In this document: one piece after another, positions 9,039-16,744 of the stretch | Position numbering within the stretch: the stretch's first letter is position 1 | Layout: every line of letters starts with the position of its first letter | The notes under the pieces: model-generated | Told to the model about the DNA's origin: nothing | The model's database searches: none | Seen by the model: the letters and a program-made list of their open reading frames with translations, nothing else | Made by a program: the position numbers and the translations under genes | Source: an uncultured Solirubrobacterales bacterium | GTDB taxonomy: Bacteria > Actinomycetota > Thermoleophilia > Solirubrobacterales > Solirubrobacteraceae | Length of the DNA stretch: 64,000 bases | Assembly (NCBI GenBank): GCA_963725535.1 | Contig: CAVRYX010000001.1 | Location: 75,540 to 139,539 of the forward strand | Reading direction: 5' to 3'

Positions 9039-10179
9039 CGAGCGGGTGCGCGCTGGCCGAAACGGGGATGCTGGCCGAAACGGGGATGCGCGCCGGAGGC
9101 GCGTGTCTACCGGCTTCGGTCGAAGGCGAGTGTCTCCCGGCTTCGGTCGTCGTGCCCCGCGTCCAGGCCCGGTGTGCCACCGACGCGGCGGGCCAGTCGG
9201 CGAGCGTCAACACAGCGCCGTCGTGGGCGACAAAGCGCGCGGGCAGGCCGAGTTGCTCGAGCCAGGCCGGCGCACGCGCCTGGCGCACGAGCGCGGCGGT
9301 GGCGGCGATGTTGGCATCGGCGCAGGAGGCCGCGGCGACGCTGACGGTGCGCCATGGGCCACGCACGGGAGCGCCGGTGGCGGGGTCGATCAGGTGGTGC
9401 GAGGTGGCGCCGGCGTGGCGCCAGCGGCGCACGGCGGTGGAGGAGGTGGCGAGGCCGCCGGAGGCGATCGTGACCGTCTGCCCGGGAGCGAGGGGGTCGG
9501 CCCGGTGGTCGTCGGTGACGTGGACGCGCCACCCGCACGCGGGGGCGGCGCCGGCGGTGGCGAGGTCCCCGCCGAGGGAGACGAGCACCCCGCAGCCGCA
9601 CGCGGCGTGGATGGCCTGGGCCGCACGGTCGGCAGCCCACGCTTTGGCGGTGGCGCCGAGGTCGAGCACCACGCCGCGGGGAACGCGGACGGTGCGCGCC
9701 GAGGTGTCGAGGGCGACGGTGCGGTGGCCGCTGCGAAGCCCCACGCGCACCACCGGAGGAGCGGGTCGTGAGTGGCACTCCGCGCTGCTCGCCCCGGAGT
9801 CGGCGGGAACCGGCTCAAGCAGCCGCCAGTCGCGGTCGTAGCCGGCGAGGATCAGAGCGGCGCCGACAGTCGGGTCGACGTCGCCGTCGGTCTGCTCCGC
9901 GGCGCGCAGCGCGACCAGGAGCGCCTCGATCAGCAGCGGGGCGACCGGCACGGGTCGCCCCCCGGCACAGGCGTTCACACGAGAGAGGTCAGAGTCGGGA
10001 CGAAAGCGACTGCAGGCCCGGTCGAGCGCGTCGAGTTCGCGCGCGAGGAGTGCGCTCGCACGGGGCAGCCAGAGGGGGTCGAGGACACGCAGCACGACAG
10101 TCGTGCCGAGTGCCTCCCAGCGGGCCGTCGCCGGCGCGGCGGTGGGTGTGGAGGGGTGGGGGTGCGGGTCGGGGCGCAC
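9004..10179 (-). CDS. apbE: FAD:protein FMN transferase (ApbE family)
   Basis: ApbE motifs: SRFRPDSDLSRVN, DPTVGAAL, LDLGATAKAWAADRA, LVSLGGDL, TSSTAVRRW..HHLIDPATG. The C-terminal ~50 aa are encoded by repeat family 2. Confidence 0.85.
   Translation of the reverse strand: MRPDPHPHPSTPTAAPATARWEALGTTVVLRVLDPLWLPRASALLARELDALDRACSRFRPDSDLSRVNACAGGRPVPVAPLLIEALLVALRAAEQTDGDVDPTVGAALILAGYDRDWRLLEPVPADSGASSAECHSRPAPPVVRVGLRSGHRTVALDTSARTVRVPRGVVLDLGATAKAWAADRAAQAIHAACGCGVLVSLGGDLATAGAAPACGWRVHVTDDHRADPLAPGQTVTIASGGLATSSTAVRRWRHAGATSHHLIDPATGAPVRGPWRTVSVAAASCADANIAATAALVRQARAPAWLEQLGLPARFVAHDGAVLTLADWPAASVAHRAWTRGTTTEAGRHSPSTEAGRHAPPARIPVSASIPVSASAHPLVGTPTHVDDPL
9008..9153 (-). repeat. family-2 mosaic palindromic repeat, copy a
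   Basis: Aligns with the reverse complement of 21491-21682. Built from units CCGAA(A/G)CGGGGA... and the inverse TCTCCCGGCTTCGG. Lies in the sense orientation of the minus-strand operon. Confidence 0.85.
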
Positions 10180-10192
10180 GGTGCGGAAACCC

Positions 10193-10708
10193 TCACGATC
10201 CGCCGGAGACGACGGTGCCGCTTGCCTGCGCGGGGGTCGATCCCTGGGTGGTGGTCGAGGATTCCTGGGTAGGCGCAGCTTCCCGAGAGGACGTCGATTC
10301 CTGCGCTGACACTCCTGACGAGGCCTCCCCGGTGCTCGCCGCGGACGAGGCTTCCCCGGAGGGAGTTTCCCCGGAGGGTGTGCCTTCCTGGGCGGCAGTC
10401 GATTCCTGGCTCGGAGTTGTCTCCTGGGTGGTGGTGGACTGCGGAGCCTGTGCGGGGGGCTGCAGCGCCGCGTGCGAGGAGCGCGTGGAGGCCCCTGAGT
10501 GCTGCTGGTGGGAGGCGCGTGTGCGCTGGGCGGCGGTCGAGGCGGGGCCGCCGGTCGTCTTGAGGGTCCTGCCGGGGAAGGCGGAGGCGGCGACCGCGGT
10601 GAGCACCCCGGTCAGAGTCGCGCTGCCCGCGAGCAGCCAACGGTTGGCCCGTGCCAGCCGGCGCAGAGCGGCGTCGCGGGAGCGGGGTGTGTGGCCGGGG
10701 TCGGGCAT
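10193..10708 (-). CDS. membrane-anchored Ser/Thr/Gln/Glu-rich low-complexity protein
   Basis: 171-aa ORF directly upstream of apbE. One TM helix (WLLAGSATLTGVLTAVAASAF) followed by a disordered tail. Coding status uncertain. Confidence 0.4.
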   Translation of the reverse strand: MPDPGHTPRSRDAALRRLARANRWLLAGSATLTGVLTAVAASAFPGRTLKTTGGPASTAAQRTRASHQQHSGASTRSSHAALQPPAQAPQSTTTQETTPSQESTAAQEGTPSGETPSGEASSAASTGEASSGVSAQESTSSREAAPTQESSTTTQGSTPAQASGTVVSGGS

Positions 10709-10999
10709 CGGAACGAGGGTGGGTGGCGAGGCTACGAAGTCAGTCTGCCCGCGTTGCAGAAGCTCGAACTAAAGGACGGGTGAGAAGTTCCACAAGGGTT
10801 CGTGTGCTCGACGTAAGACCTCGAGGGGGAGCATCCAGGCGAGCGTCGGCGCGCCGCCCAGAGAGCCGCGTGGGCGCTCGATGAGAGAGCTCATAGAATC
10901 GTGGTCGCCACCGGGAGCGCCGTACCGGGCGCCCCTATCCTGGGCTGGGTGCAGCGTTCCCCGGAGCCCCCAGTGCAGGCGGCCCCACCGCAGGCGGCG

Positions 11000-11689
11000 A
11001 TGCGACCGTCGATCCTGCTGGTCGAGGACGAGCCGGGAATCGTCGATTTTGTGCGCAGGGGCATGGAGGCGGAGGGCTTCGAAGTCAGGGCCGAGCACGA
11101 CGGGGCCGAGGGGGAGCGCCGTGCGCTGCAGGAGAGCTTCGACGCGGTCGTCCTCGACCTGATGCTCCCGAGCCGCGGCGGCATGGAGGTGCTCGCCACG
11201 CTGCGGGCCGCCAAGCCGACCCTGCCGGTGATCGTGCTGAGCGCCAGAGGCGAGGTGGAGAACCGCGTCGCGGGTCTCGACGCGGGCGCGGTGGACTACC
11301 TGGTCAAGCCCTTCTCCCTGGCGGAGCTGCTGGCGCGGGTGCGCGCCCAGCTGCGCAGCGCCACGCAGGGTGCGCCCACCACGTTGCGGGCGGAGGACAT
11401 CGAGGTGGACCTTCTCACCCGCAGGGTGCGCCGGGCGGGTCAGCCGGTGGCGCTCTCGACGACCGAGTTCGAGCTGCTGGTGTACCTGGCGCGCCACCGC
11501 GGCACGGTGCTCTCGCGCGAGCGGATCCTGAGCGCGGTGTGGGGCTACCAGCACGACCCGGCGACGAACATCGTGGACGTGTACGTCGGGTACCTGCGCC
11601 GCAAGCTGCGCGGGGTGGGCGGGAACCAATCCCCGGCGCCGATCCACACCGTGCGCGCGGTGGGATACCGCCTGGGCCGTGCCGGCTGA
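11000..11689 (+). CDS. OmpR-family response regulator
   Basis: MRPSILLVEDEPGIV... receiver domain plus winged-helix domain (LSTTEFELLVYLARHRGTVLSRERIL...YLRRKL). Confidence 0.9.
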   Translation: MRPSILLVEDEPGIVDFVRRGMEAEGFEVRAEHDGAEGERRALQESFDAVVLDLMLPSRGGMEVLATLRAAKPTLPVIVLSARGEVENRVAGLDAGAVDYLVKPFSLAELLARVRAQLRSATQGAPTTLRAEDIEVDLLTRRVRRAGQPVALSTTEFELLVYLARHRGTVLSRERILSAVWGYQHDPATNIVDVYVGYLRRKLRGVGGNQSPAPIHTVRAVGYRLGRAG

Positions 11690-13592
11690 ACGACGGAAGG
11701 GAGCGAGTCTCCGCTGGCGGCTGGCCGGGTGGGTGGCATTGGTGGTGGTGCTCTCCACGGGGGTCGCCTTCGTGGCGGTCTACCGCGGCACCGGCACCCA
11801 GCTGCACAACCAGATCGACCACGAGATCGCGGGCGACGCCGGCGAGCTCGTCCACGCGCTCTCCTCCTCGGGCGCGCACACCCCCCGCCAGACGCTCTCC
11901 GCGGCCCGCGACTACGTAAGCGGTCAGCCCTTCAACGCGAGCTCCACGCTGCTGTTCGCGCTCGTCCCCGGCGCTGGGACTGCCACCAACACGCCAGAGC
12001 TGTTCGGCAACCCCGCGCCCGACGACGGGGAGAGCGTTGCGGTGCAGGAGCAGGAGAACCGGCTCTCGCACAGGTTGCTCACCGTGGGCGGAGGGTTCTC
12101 GACCATGGACCTGCCGGACGTCGGCTACCTGCGCCTGCTCAAGCGGCAGGTACGCCTCCCCGTCGGCCGCGCGCGCACCGACCGAAGCCGGGGGACACTC
12201 GCCTTTGGCTCGCATCCCCGTTTCGGCCAGCAGCTCGTGACGGTCGGCGTGGGGGAGCCGCTTGCGAGCGTGGCGCGCGCCCAGCGCGGTGTGGCGCGTG
12301 CGTTCATCCTCGCGGGCCTGCTCACGCTCGCCGGGGCGCTACTTGCCTCACTGGCGGTGGGCGCCCGCTTCTCGCGCCCGCTGCGCCGCATGGCAGCGGT
12401 GGCGGCACAGGTGGACGCCGGCGACCTGCACCCCCGCATCCACGACGTCGAGCGCGAGGGTCAGGAGGTGCGGGTGCTCGCGGACGCCTTCAACCACATG
12501 CTCGACCGCCTCACCGACGCGTTCGCGGGCCAGCGCGCGTTCGTCGCTGACGCCTCGCACGAGCTGCGCACGCCGCTGACCGTGATCCGGGGCCAGCTCG
12601 AGGTGCTCGCCGCCCAGCAGGAGCCCTCCGGCGAGGAGGTGCGGTGCGTGGAGCGCCTTGTGCAGGCGGAGATCGCCCGCGTCACCCGCCTCGTGGACGA
12701 CCTCCTAGTGCTCGCCAAGGCCGAGCAGACGCAGTTCCTGCGCCTGGAGCCGATCGAGCTCGAGCGCTTCGTGGAGGAGCTGTGGGGCGGCACCACCCTG
12801 CTCGCGCCGCGGCGCTTCGAGCTCGGGGAGGTGCCCGCAGGCACGCTCCTTGCCGACCCCGACCGGCTCGCACAGGCGCTGCGCAACCTGTTGAGCAACG
12901 CAATCGCTCACACCGGGCGGGTGGGTCACGGGCCTGGGCTCGTGCGCCTGGACGTCGAATGCTCGGACAGTCGCGGTGCGGGGTCGGGGCGTCCCGAGAG
13001 CGAGATCCCGGGAGCCCGGGGTCGGGGATTGGGGTGGGGGCCACCGACTGTCGAGCTGCCCGAGTGCCGGGGGCCGGGGCGCGAGTGGGTGCGCTTCGTC
13101 GTGCAGGACGACGGGCCTGGGATCCCCGAGGCGCAACGCGAGCGCGTGTTCGACCGCTTCCACCGCACCGACGCCGCTCGTGACCGCGCCTCCGGCGGCA
13201 CCGGCTTGGGCCTCGCCATCGTGCGCGCGATCGCCGAGGCCCACGGTGGGCGGGTGTCGGCGTCAGAGAGCTTCGCCGGTGGCGCCCGCGTGGAGCTCGA
13301 GCTACCTGGCTTCAACCATGCACCCCCGCCCAAGGCGAGCGGCCCTGAGTCCGTGCCGAGCGCCCCTGAGTCCGTGCCGAGCGCGCCCGAGTCCGTGCCG
13401 AGCGCCCCTGAGTCCGTGCCGAGCGCGCCCGAGTCCGTGCCGAGCGCCCCTGAGTCCGTGCCGAGCGCGCCCGAGTCCGTGCCGAGCGCCCCTGAGTCCG
13501 TGCCGAGCGCCCCTGAGTCCGTGCCGAGCGCGCCCGAGTCCGTGCCGAGCGCCCCCGGGATAGTGCGGAGCACCGCTCGGTCCGCGCCGTAG
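11679..13592 (+). CDS. sensor histidine kinase (HAMP-HisKA-HATPase) with three in-frame insertions/expansions
   Basis: H-box FVADASHELRTPLT, N-box LLSNAIAHT, G-boxes DDGPGI and GTGLGLAIV. Overlaps the regulator gene by 11 nt. Confidence 0.85.
   Translation: MPAERRKGASLRWRLAGWVALVVVLSTGVAFVAVYRGTGTQLHNQIDHEIAGDAGELVHALSSSGAHTPRQTLSAARDYVSGQPFNASSTLLFALVPGAGTATNTPELFGNPAPDDGESVAVQEQENRLSHRLLTVGGGFSTMDLPDVGYLRLLKRQVRLPVGRARTDRSRGTLAFGSHPRFGQQLVTVGVGEPLASVARAQRGVARAFILAGLLTLAGALLASLAVGARFSRPLRRMAAVAAQVDAGDLHPRIHDVEREGQEVRVLADAFNHMLDRLTDAFAGQRAFVADASHELRTPLTVIRGQLEVLAAQQEPSGEEVRCVERLVQAEIARVTRLVDDLLVLAKAEQTQFLRLEPIELERFVEELWGGTTLLAPRRFELGEVPAGTLLADPDRLAQALRNLLSNAIAHTGRVGHGPGLVRLDVECSDSRGAGSGRPESEIPGARGRGLGWGPPTVELPECRGPGREWVRFVVQDDGPGIPEAQRERVFDRFHRTDAARDRASGGTGLGLAIVRAIAEAHGGRVSASESFAGGARVELELPGFNHAPPPKASGPESVPSAPESVPSAPESVPSAPESVPSAPESVPSAPESVPSAPESVPSAPESVPSAPESVPSAPESVPSAPGIVRSTARSAP
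12177..12230 (+). repeat. family-2 repeat unit, copy d, in frame inside the kinase sensor domain
   Basis: ACCGACCGAAGCCGGGGGACACTCGCCTTTGGCTCGCATCCCCGTTTCGGCCAG, translated as TDRSRGTLAFGSHPRFGQ. Confidence 0.8.
12961..13056 (+). repeat. palindrome-bounded ~95-bp insertion inside the kinase ATPase domain
   Basis: Arms GCTCGGACAGTCG / CGACTGTCGAGC; internal direct repeat CGGGGTCGGGG. Encodes roughly SDSRGAGSGRPESEIPGARGRGLGWGPPTVE, part of the extra ECSDS...ECRGPG segment between conserved HATPase strands. Confidence 0.7.
13344..13553 (+). repeat. 21-bp tandem repeat, about 10 copies, encoding (PESVPSA)n at the kinase C-terminus
   Basis: Two alternating variants: CCTGAGTCCGTGCCGAGCGCC and CCCGAGTCCGTGCCGAGCGCG. 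Head-to-tail, in frame, no spacers. Confidence 0.9.
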
Positions 13593-13749
13593 GCAAGCGG
13601 CTTGGCTGGTCGGTCGCCACCTTGCTCGCCGTCGTCGCACTCCCCATAGCCGGCACTGCTCGCCTGCGGACTCTCGCTTACCGTTGGGTGTCTGCGCCGG
13701 CGCAACTCTGCGCGCAGGTCTTAAAATCCCTTCCCGCAGCGCACCGTGG

Positions 13750-15495
13750 ATGTGTGCGCGTTGTTTCGGAGTCTCAGTGGTGCCTCTCGACCAGACCGAC
13801 ACTCGAGCTACCAGCGACCGCCGCACCTTCCTCAAGCAGGGGGTGCTCGCCGCCGGCTCGCTCGCGCTCGGCTCCAGGGGCGGCAGCGCTCCCGGGCGGC
13901 CCGGCGGGCGAACGGGTTCCTCGGGGTCACGCCCGCGGGCCCGTAGGGCGCCGAACATCCTCGTGATCGTTGTCGACCAGCTGCGCACGCCGGTGTGGCT
14001 GCCGCCCGCCGTCCAGTCCGCCGCGCTCACCCCCAACCTAGCCGCGCTGCGCGCCGGGGCTGTGAGCTTCGAACGCCACTACACCGCCGCCAACGACTGC
14101 ACCCCCTCGCGCAGCGCGCTCGTGACCGGCCTGTACTCCCAGCAGACTGGCTGCCTGATCACCGGCGACAGCCGCCTGGACCCCGGCTTTCCCACATGGG
14201 GAACACTGCTGCGCGAGCTCGGCTACCACACCACGTGGTGGGGCAAGTGGCACCTGAACCCCAACCCCGACGCCTCGCTCGAGCCCTACGGCTTCTCCGG
14301 GGGCACCTACCCCTCGCCCAACGGAGCTCCCGGGCAGGGCACTGAAGTCGACCCCGCGATCGCCGCGCAGTTCGCCGAATGGCTGCGCGAAGAGGGGGGC
14401 GCCGAGCCGTGGTGCACGACCGTCTCGTTCGTCAACCCGCACGACATCGCGTGGTGGTACCGCTTCACCAGCCAGGTGCCCGCTGAGAGCTCGCCGTCGG
14501 GGCTCGCTGAAGCGCTGCCCCCCAACTACGAGACCCCGGAAGCGCTCGAAGCGCAGCGCAAGCCGCGGCTGCAGCGCTCGTTGCAGGACACCGCGGCGCG
14601 CTCCTTCGGGCCCGTCCCGTTCGAGGGCGCCGAAGCGCTGCAGGCGTGGACCGGGCTGATGGACACCTACCTGATGTTGCAAAGCTACGTCGACGCGCAG
14701 GTCGGCGCCGTGCTCGCCGCGCTCGCCGCCCAACCCGCCGTGCACGCGAACACGGTGGTGCTCTTCACCTCCGACCACGGCGAGTACGGCGGCTCCCACG
14801 GGCTGCGCGGCAAGGGCGCGTCCGCCTATGAGGAGGCGATCCGCGTGCCGCTGTACGTGCGCGACTTCCGCGGCCTCGCCACCGCCGCGCCCGCGGTCGG
14901 GCGCACCCAGCTCACCTCCTCGGTGGACGTCGCCGCGCTGCTGCTCACGCTTGCCACCGGCTCCTCCACGTGGCGACGGGAGAGCCGCTACCGCCACCTG
15001 GCTGCTCGCCACGACCTCGCCGCGATCTGCGCTCACCCCGGCGCTCCGGGGCGCCCCTGGGTGCTGCACGCCACCGACGAGGACGTCACCGAGTTCGCCA
15101 CCGAACCGTACGCGGCCGAAGCGCCCCGCCACGTGGTCGCGCTGCGTACCCCCCGCGGCAAGCTCGCGCTCTACTCCAACTGGAGCTCCGGCTCGGTCGC
15201 GGTCGAACCGGCCGGTGCGGAATTCGAGCTCTACGACTACTCCTCCCAGACTGGGCGCGCCGAGCTCGAAAACGCCGCGGGCGCCGCCGGCGCGTTGGAA
15301 GAGGAACTGTGGGTGACCCTCGAAGAAGTCGCGGTCCCGGACGAGCTGCGCGCGCCGCTGCCCTACGCGCTGCGCGCCGCCCAGCGTCGCGGCATGGCCG
15401 ACTACCAGGCGGTCGAGGAACTCCAGGACCTCAGGGTCTACGCCAACCAGCACTCCTCCCCGACGGCCTCCGAACCGGCTGCCACACCTGAGTAA
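13750..15495 (+). CDS. sulfatase (formylglycine-dependent arylsulfatase family), Tat-exported
   Basis: Twin-arginine-like DRRTFLKQGVLAAGSLALG; NILVIVVDQLR; sulfatase signature CTPSRSALVTG; TSDHGEYGG. Start could be ATG 13750 or GTG 13777. Confidence 0.85.
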   Translation: MCARCFGVSVVPLDQTDTRATSDRRTFLKQGVLAAGSLALGSRGGSAPGRPGGRTGSSGSRPRARRAPNILVIVVDQLRTPVWLPPAVQSAALTPNLAALRAGAVSFERHYTAANDCTPSRSALVTGLYSQQTGCLITGDSRLDPGFPTWGTLLRELGYHTTWWGKWHLNPNPDASLEPYGFSGGTYPSPNGAPGQGTEVDPAIAAQFAEWLREEGGAEPWCTTVSFVNPHDIAWWYRFTSQVPAESSPSGLAEALPPNYETPEALEAQRKPRLQRSLQDTAARSFGPVPFEGAEALQAWTGLMDTYLMLQSYVDAQVGAVLAALAAQPAVHANTVVLFTSDHGEYGGSHGLRGKGASAYEEAIRVPLYVRDFRGLATAAPAVGRTQLTSSVDVAALLLTLATGSSTWRRESRYRHLAARHDLAAICAHPGAPGRPWVLHATDEDVTEFATEPYAAEAPRHVVALRTPRGKLALYSNWSSGSVAVEPAGAEFELYDYSSQTGRAELENAAGAAGALEEELWVTLEEVAVPDELRAPLPYALRAAQRRGMADYQAVEELQDLRVYANQHSSPTASEPAATPE

Positions 15496-15588
15496 CCCGT
15501 CCCTCTACGGACGTGGCAAAGGTTCGCTTTGTTTCCCCTACCCCGTTCTTGGGTAGCATTCGATCAACCGGATTAAGGGAGGGAATCA

Positions 15589-16443
15589 GTGCCACGAACG
15601 CTGCCGCCTGAGAACGAGTGGACGATTCCGAGTCTGCGCGAGCCGCGTTACTCGCAGTCGCTGGAGCGCGGCCTGGCGATTCTCGGCTGCTTCACGCCCG
15701 ACCGCCCCGTGCTCGGGATCGCCGAGATCGCCGATTCGCTCGGTATGAGCCGCTCGACCACCCACCGCTATGTGATCACCCTGGTCGCGCTGGGCTACCT
15801 GGAGCAGGACGCCTCACGCAAGTACCGCCTCGGGCTGCACGTCACCGACCTCGGGATGTCCGCGCTGAACTCCACGTCCCTGCGTGAGCACGCCCAGCCG
15901 TACCTGGACGAACTGCGCCGGCGGACGGGGTACACGATCAACGTCGCGGTGCTCGACGGCCCCGAGATCGTCTACATCGCGCGCTCCCGCTCCCACCGCC
16001 GTGCCCAGCAGCGGATCGACCTGGGGCTCGCCCTCGGCTCGCGCCTGCCGGTGTACTGCACCTCGATGGGCAAGCTGCTGCTCGCGCATCTCCCCGACCG
16101 CGAGCGGCGCGAGCTGCTCTCGGAAATCCGCCTGGAGCGACGCGCTCCCAACACGATCACCAACAAGCGGCTGCTGCAGATCGAGCTGGACCGCATCCGC
16201 GAGGACGGCTTTGCGATCAACGACGAAGAGCTCACGCCCGGCCTGCACTCGATCGCCGCGCCGATCCGCTCGGACTCCCGCGAAGTCGTCGCCGCCGCCA
16301 ACATGGCGGCGCACAGCTCGATGATCGTGCTGCAGGATCTCATCGACCACCTCGGCCCCCACCTGATCGCCACGGCCGACCGCATCTCCGCGCGCCTGGG
16401 CTACCGCCGCGACGACGAGCTCGCAACGACAGACGTCCGCTGA
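15589..16443 (+). CDS. IclR-family transcriptional regulator
   Basis: YSQSLERGLAILGCF...IAEIADSLGMSRSTTHRYVITLVALGYL, plus an effector domain. GGGAGGGA upstream of GTG. Confidence 0.9.
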   Translation: MPRTLPPENEWTIPSLREPRYSQSLERGLAILGCFTPDRPVLGIAEIADSLGMSRSTTHRYVITLVALGYLEQDASRKYRLGLHVTDLGMSALNSTSLREHAQPYLDELRRRTGYTINVAVLDGPEIVYIARSRSHRRAQQRIDLGLALGSRLPVYCTSMGKLLLAHLPDRERRELLSEIRLERRAPNTITNKRLLQIELDRIREDGFAINDEELTPGLHSIAAPIRSDSREVVAAANMAAHSSMIVLQDLIDHLGPHLIATADRISARLGYRRDDELATTDVR

Positions 16444-16540
16444 TCGAAGCCCGGGAGACAGGGGCCTCCGACCGAAGCGGGGGACACTCGCCTCCGGCGA
16501 GCATTCCCCGTTCGGCCAGCATCCCCGCTTCGGCCAGCGC
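16444..16540 (+). repeat. family-2 mosaic palindromic repeat, copy c (directly after the IclR stop)
   Basis: CGAAGCCCGGGAGACAGG...CCGAAGCGGGGGACACTCGCCTCCGGCGAGCATTCCCCGTTCGGCCAGCATCCCCGCTTCGGCCAGCGCG; same orientation as copy b. Confidence 0.8.
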
Positions 16541-16744
16541 GATGCGGCGTCCTCGGTCGCTCGTGTACCGATCGTCGATCAGGTGCGATCGACTGGTCGG
16601 CCAGCACACTTCGCGGGGTGGGCGGGCCTTCCAATCCTTGCCTCGCTTGCTCAGCGAACGCCTGTCGGAGGTCGCGACCGTGCCCTTCTGGGTGTACTTT
16701 TGTCTCTTCAGTCGGTTGGCAGCGCGGGCGGACGCGGCGTGGCG

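Noticed and set aside
13344-13553. Possible CRISPR array (regular 21-bp periodicity)
   Set aside because: The repeats are contiguous with no spacers, are in frame within the kinase gene, and no cas genes are present in the window.
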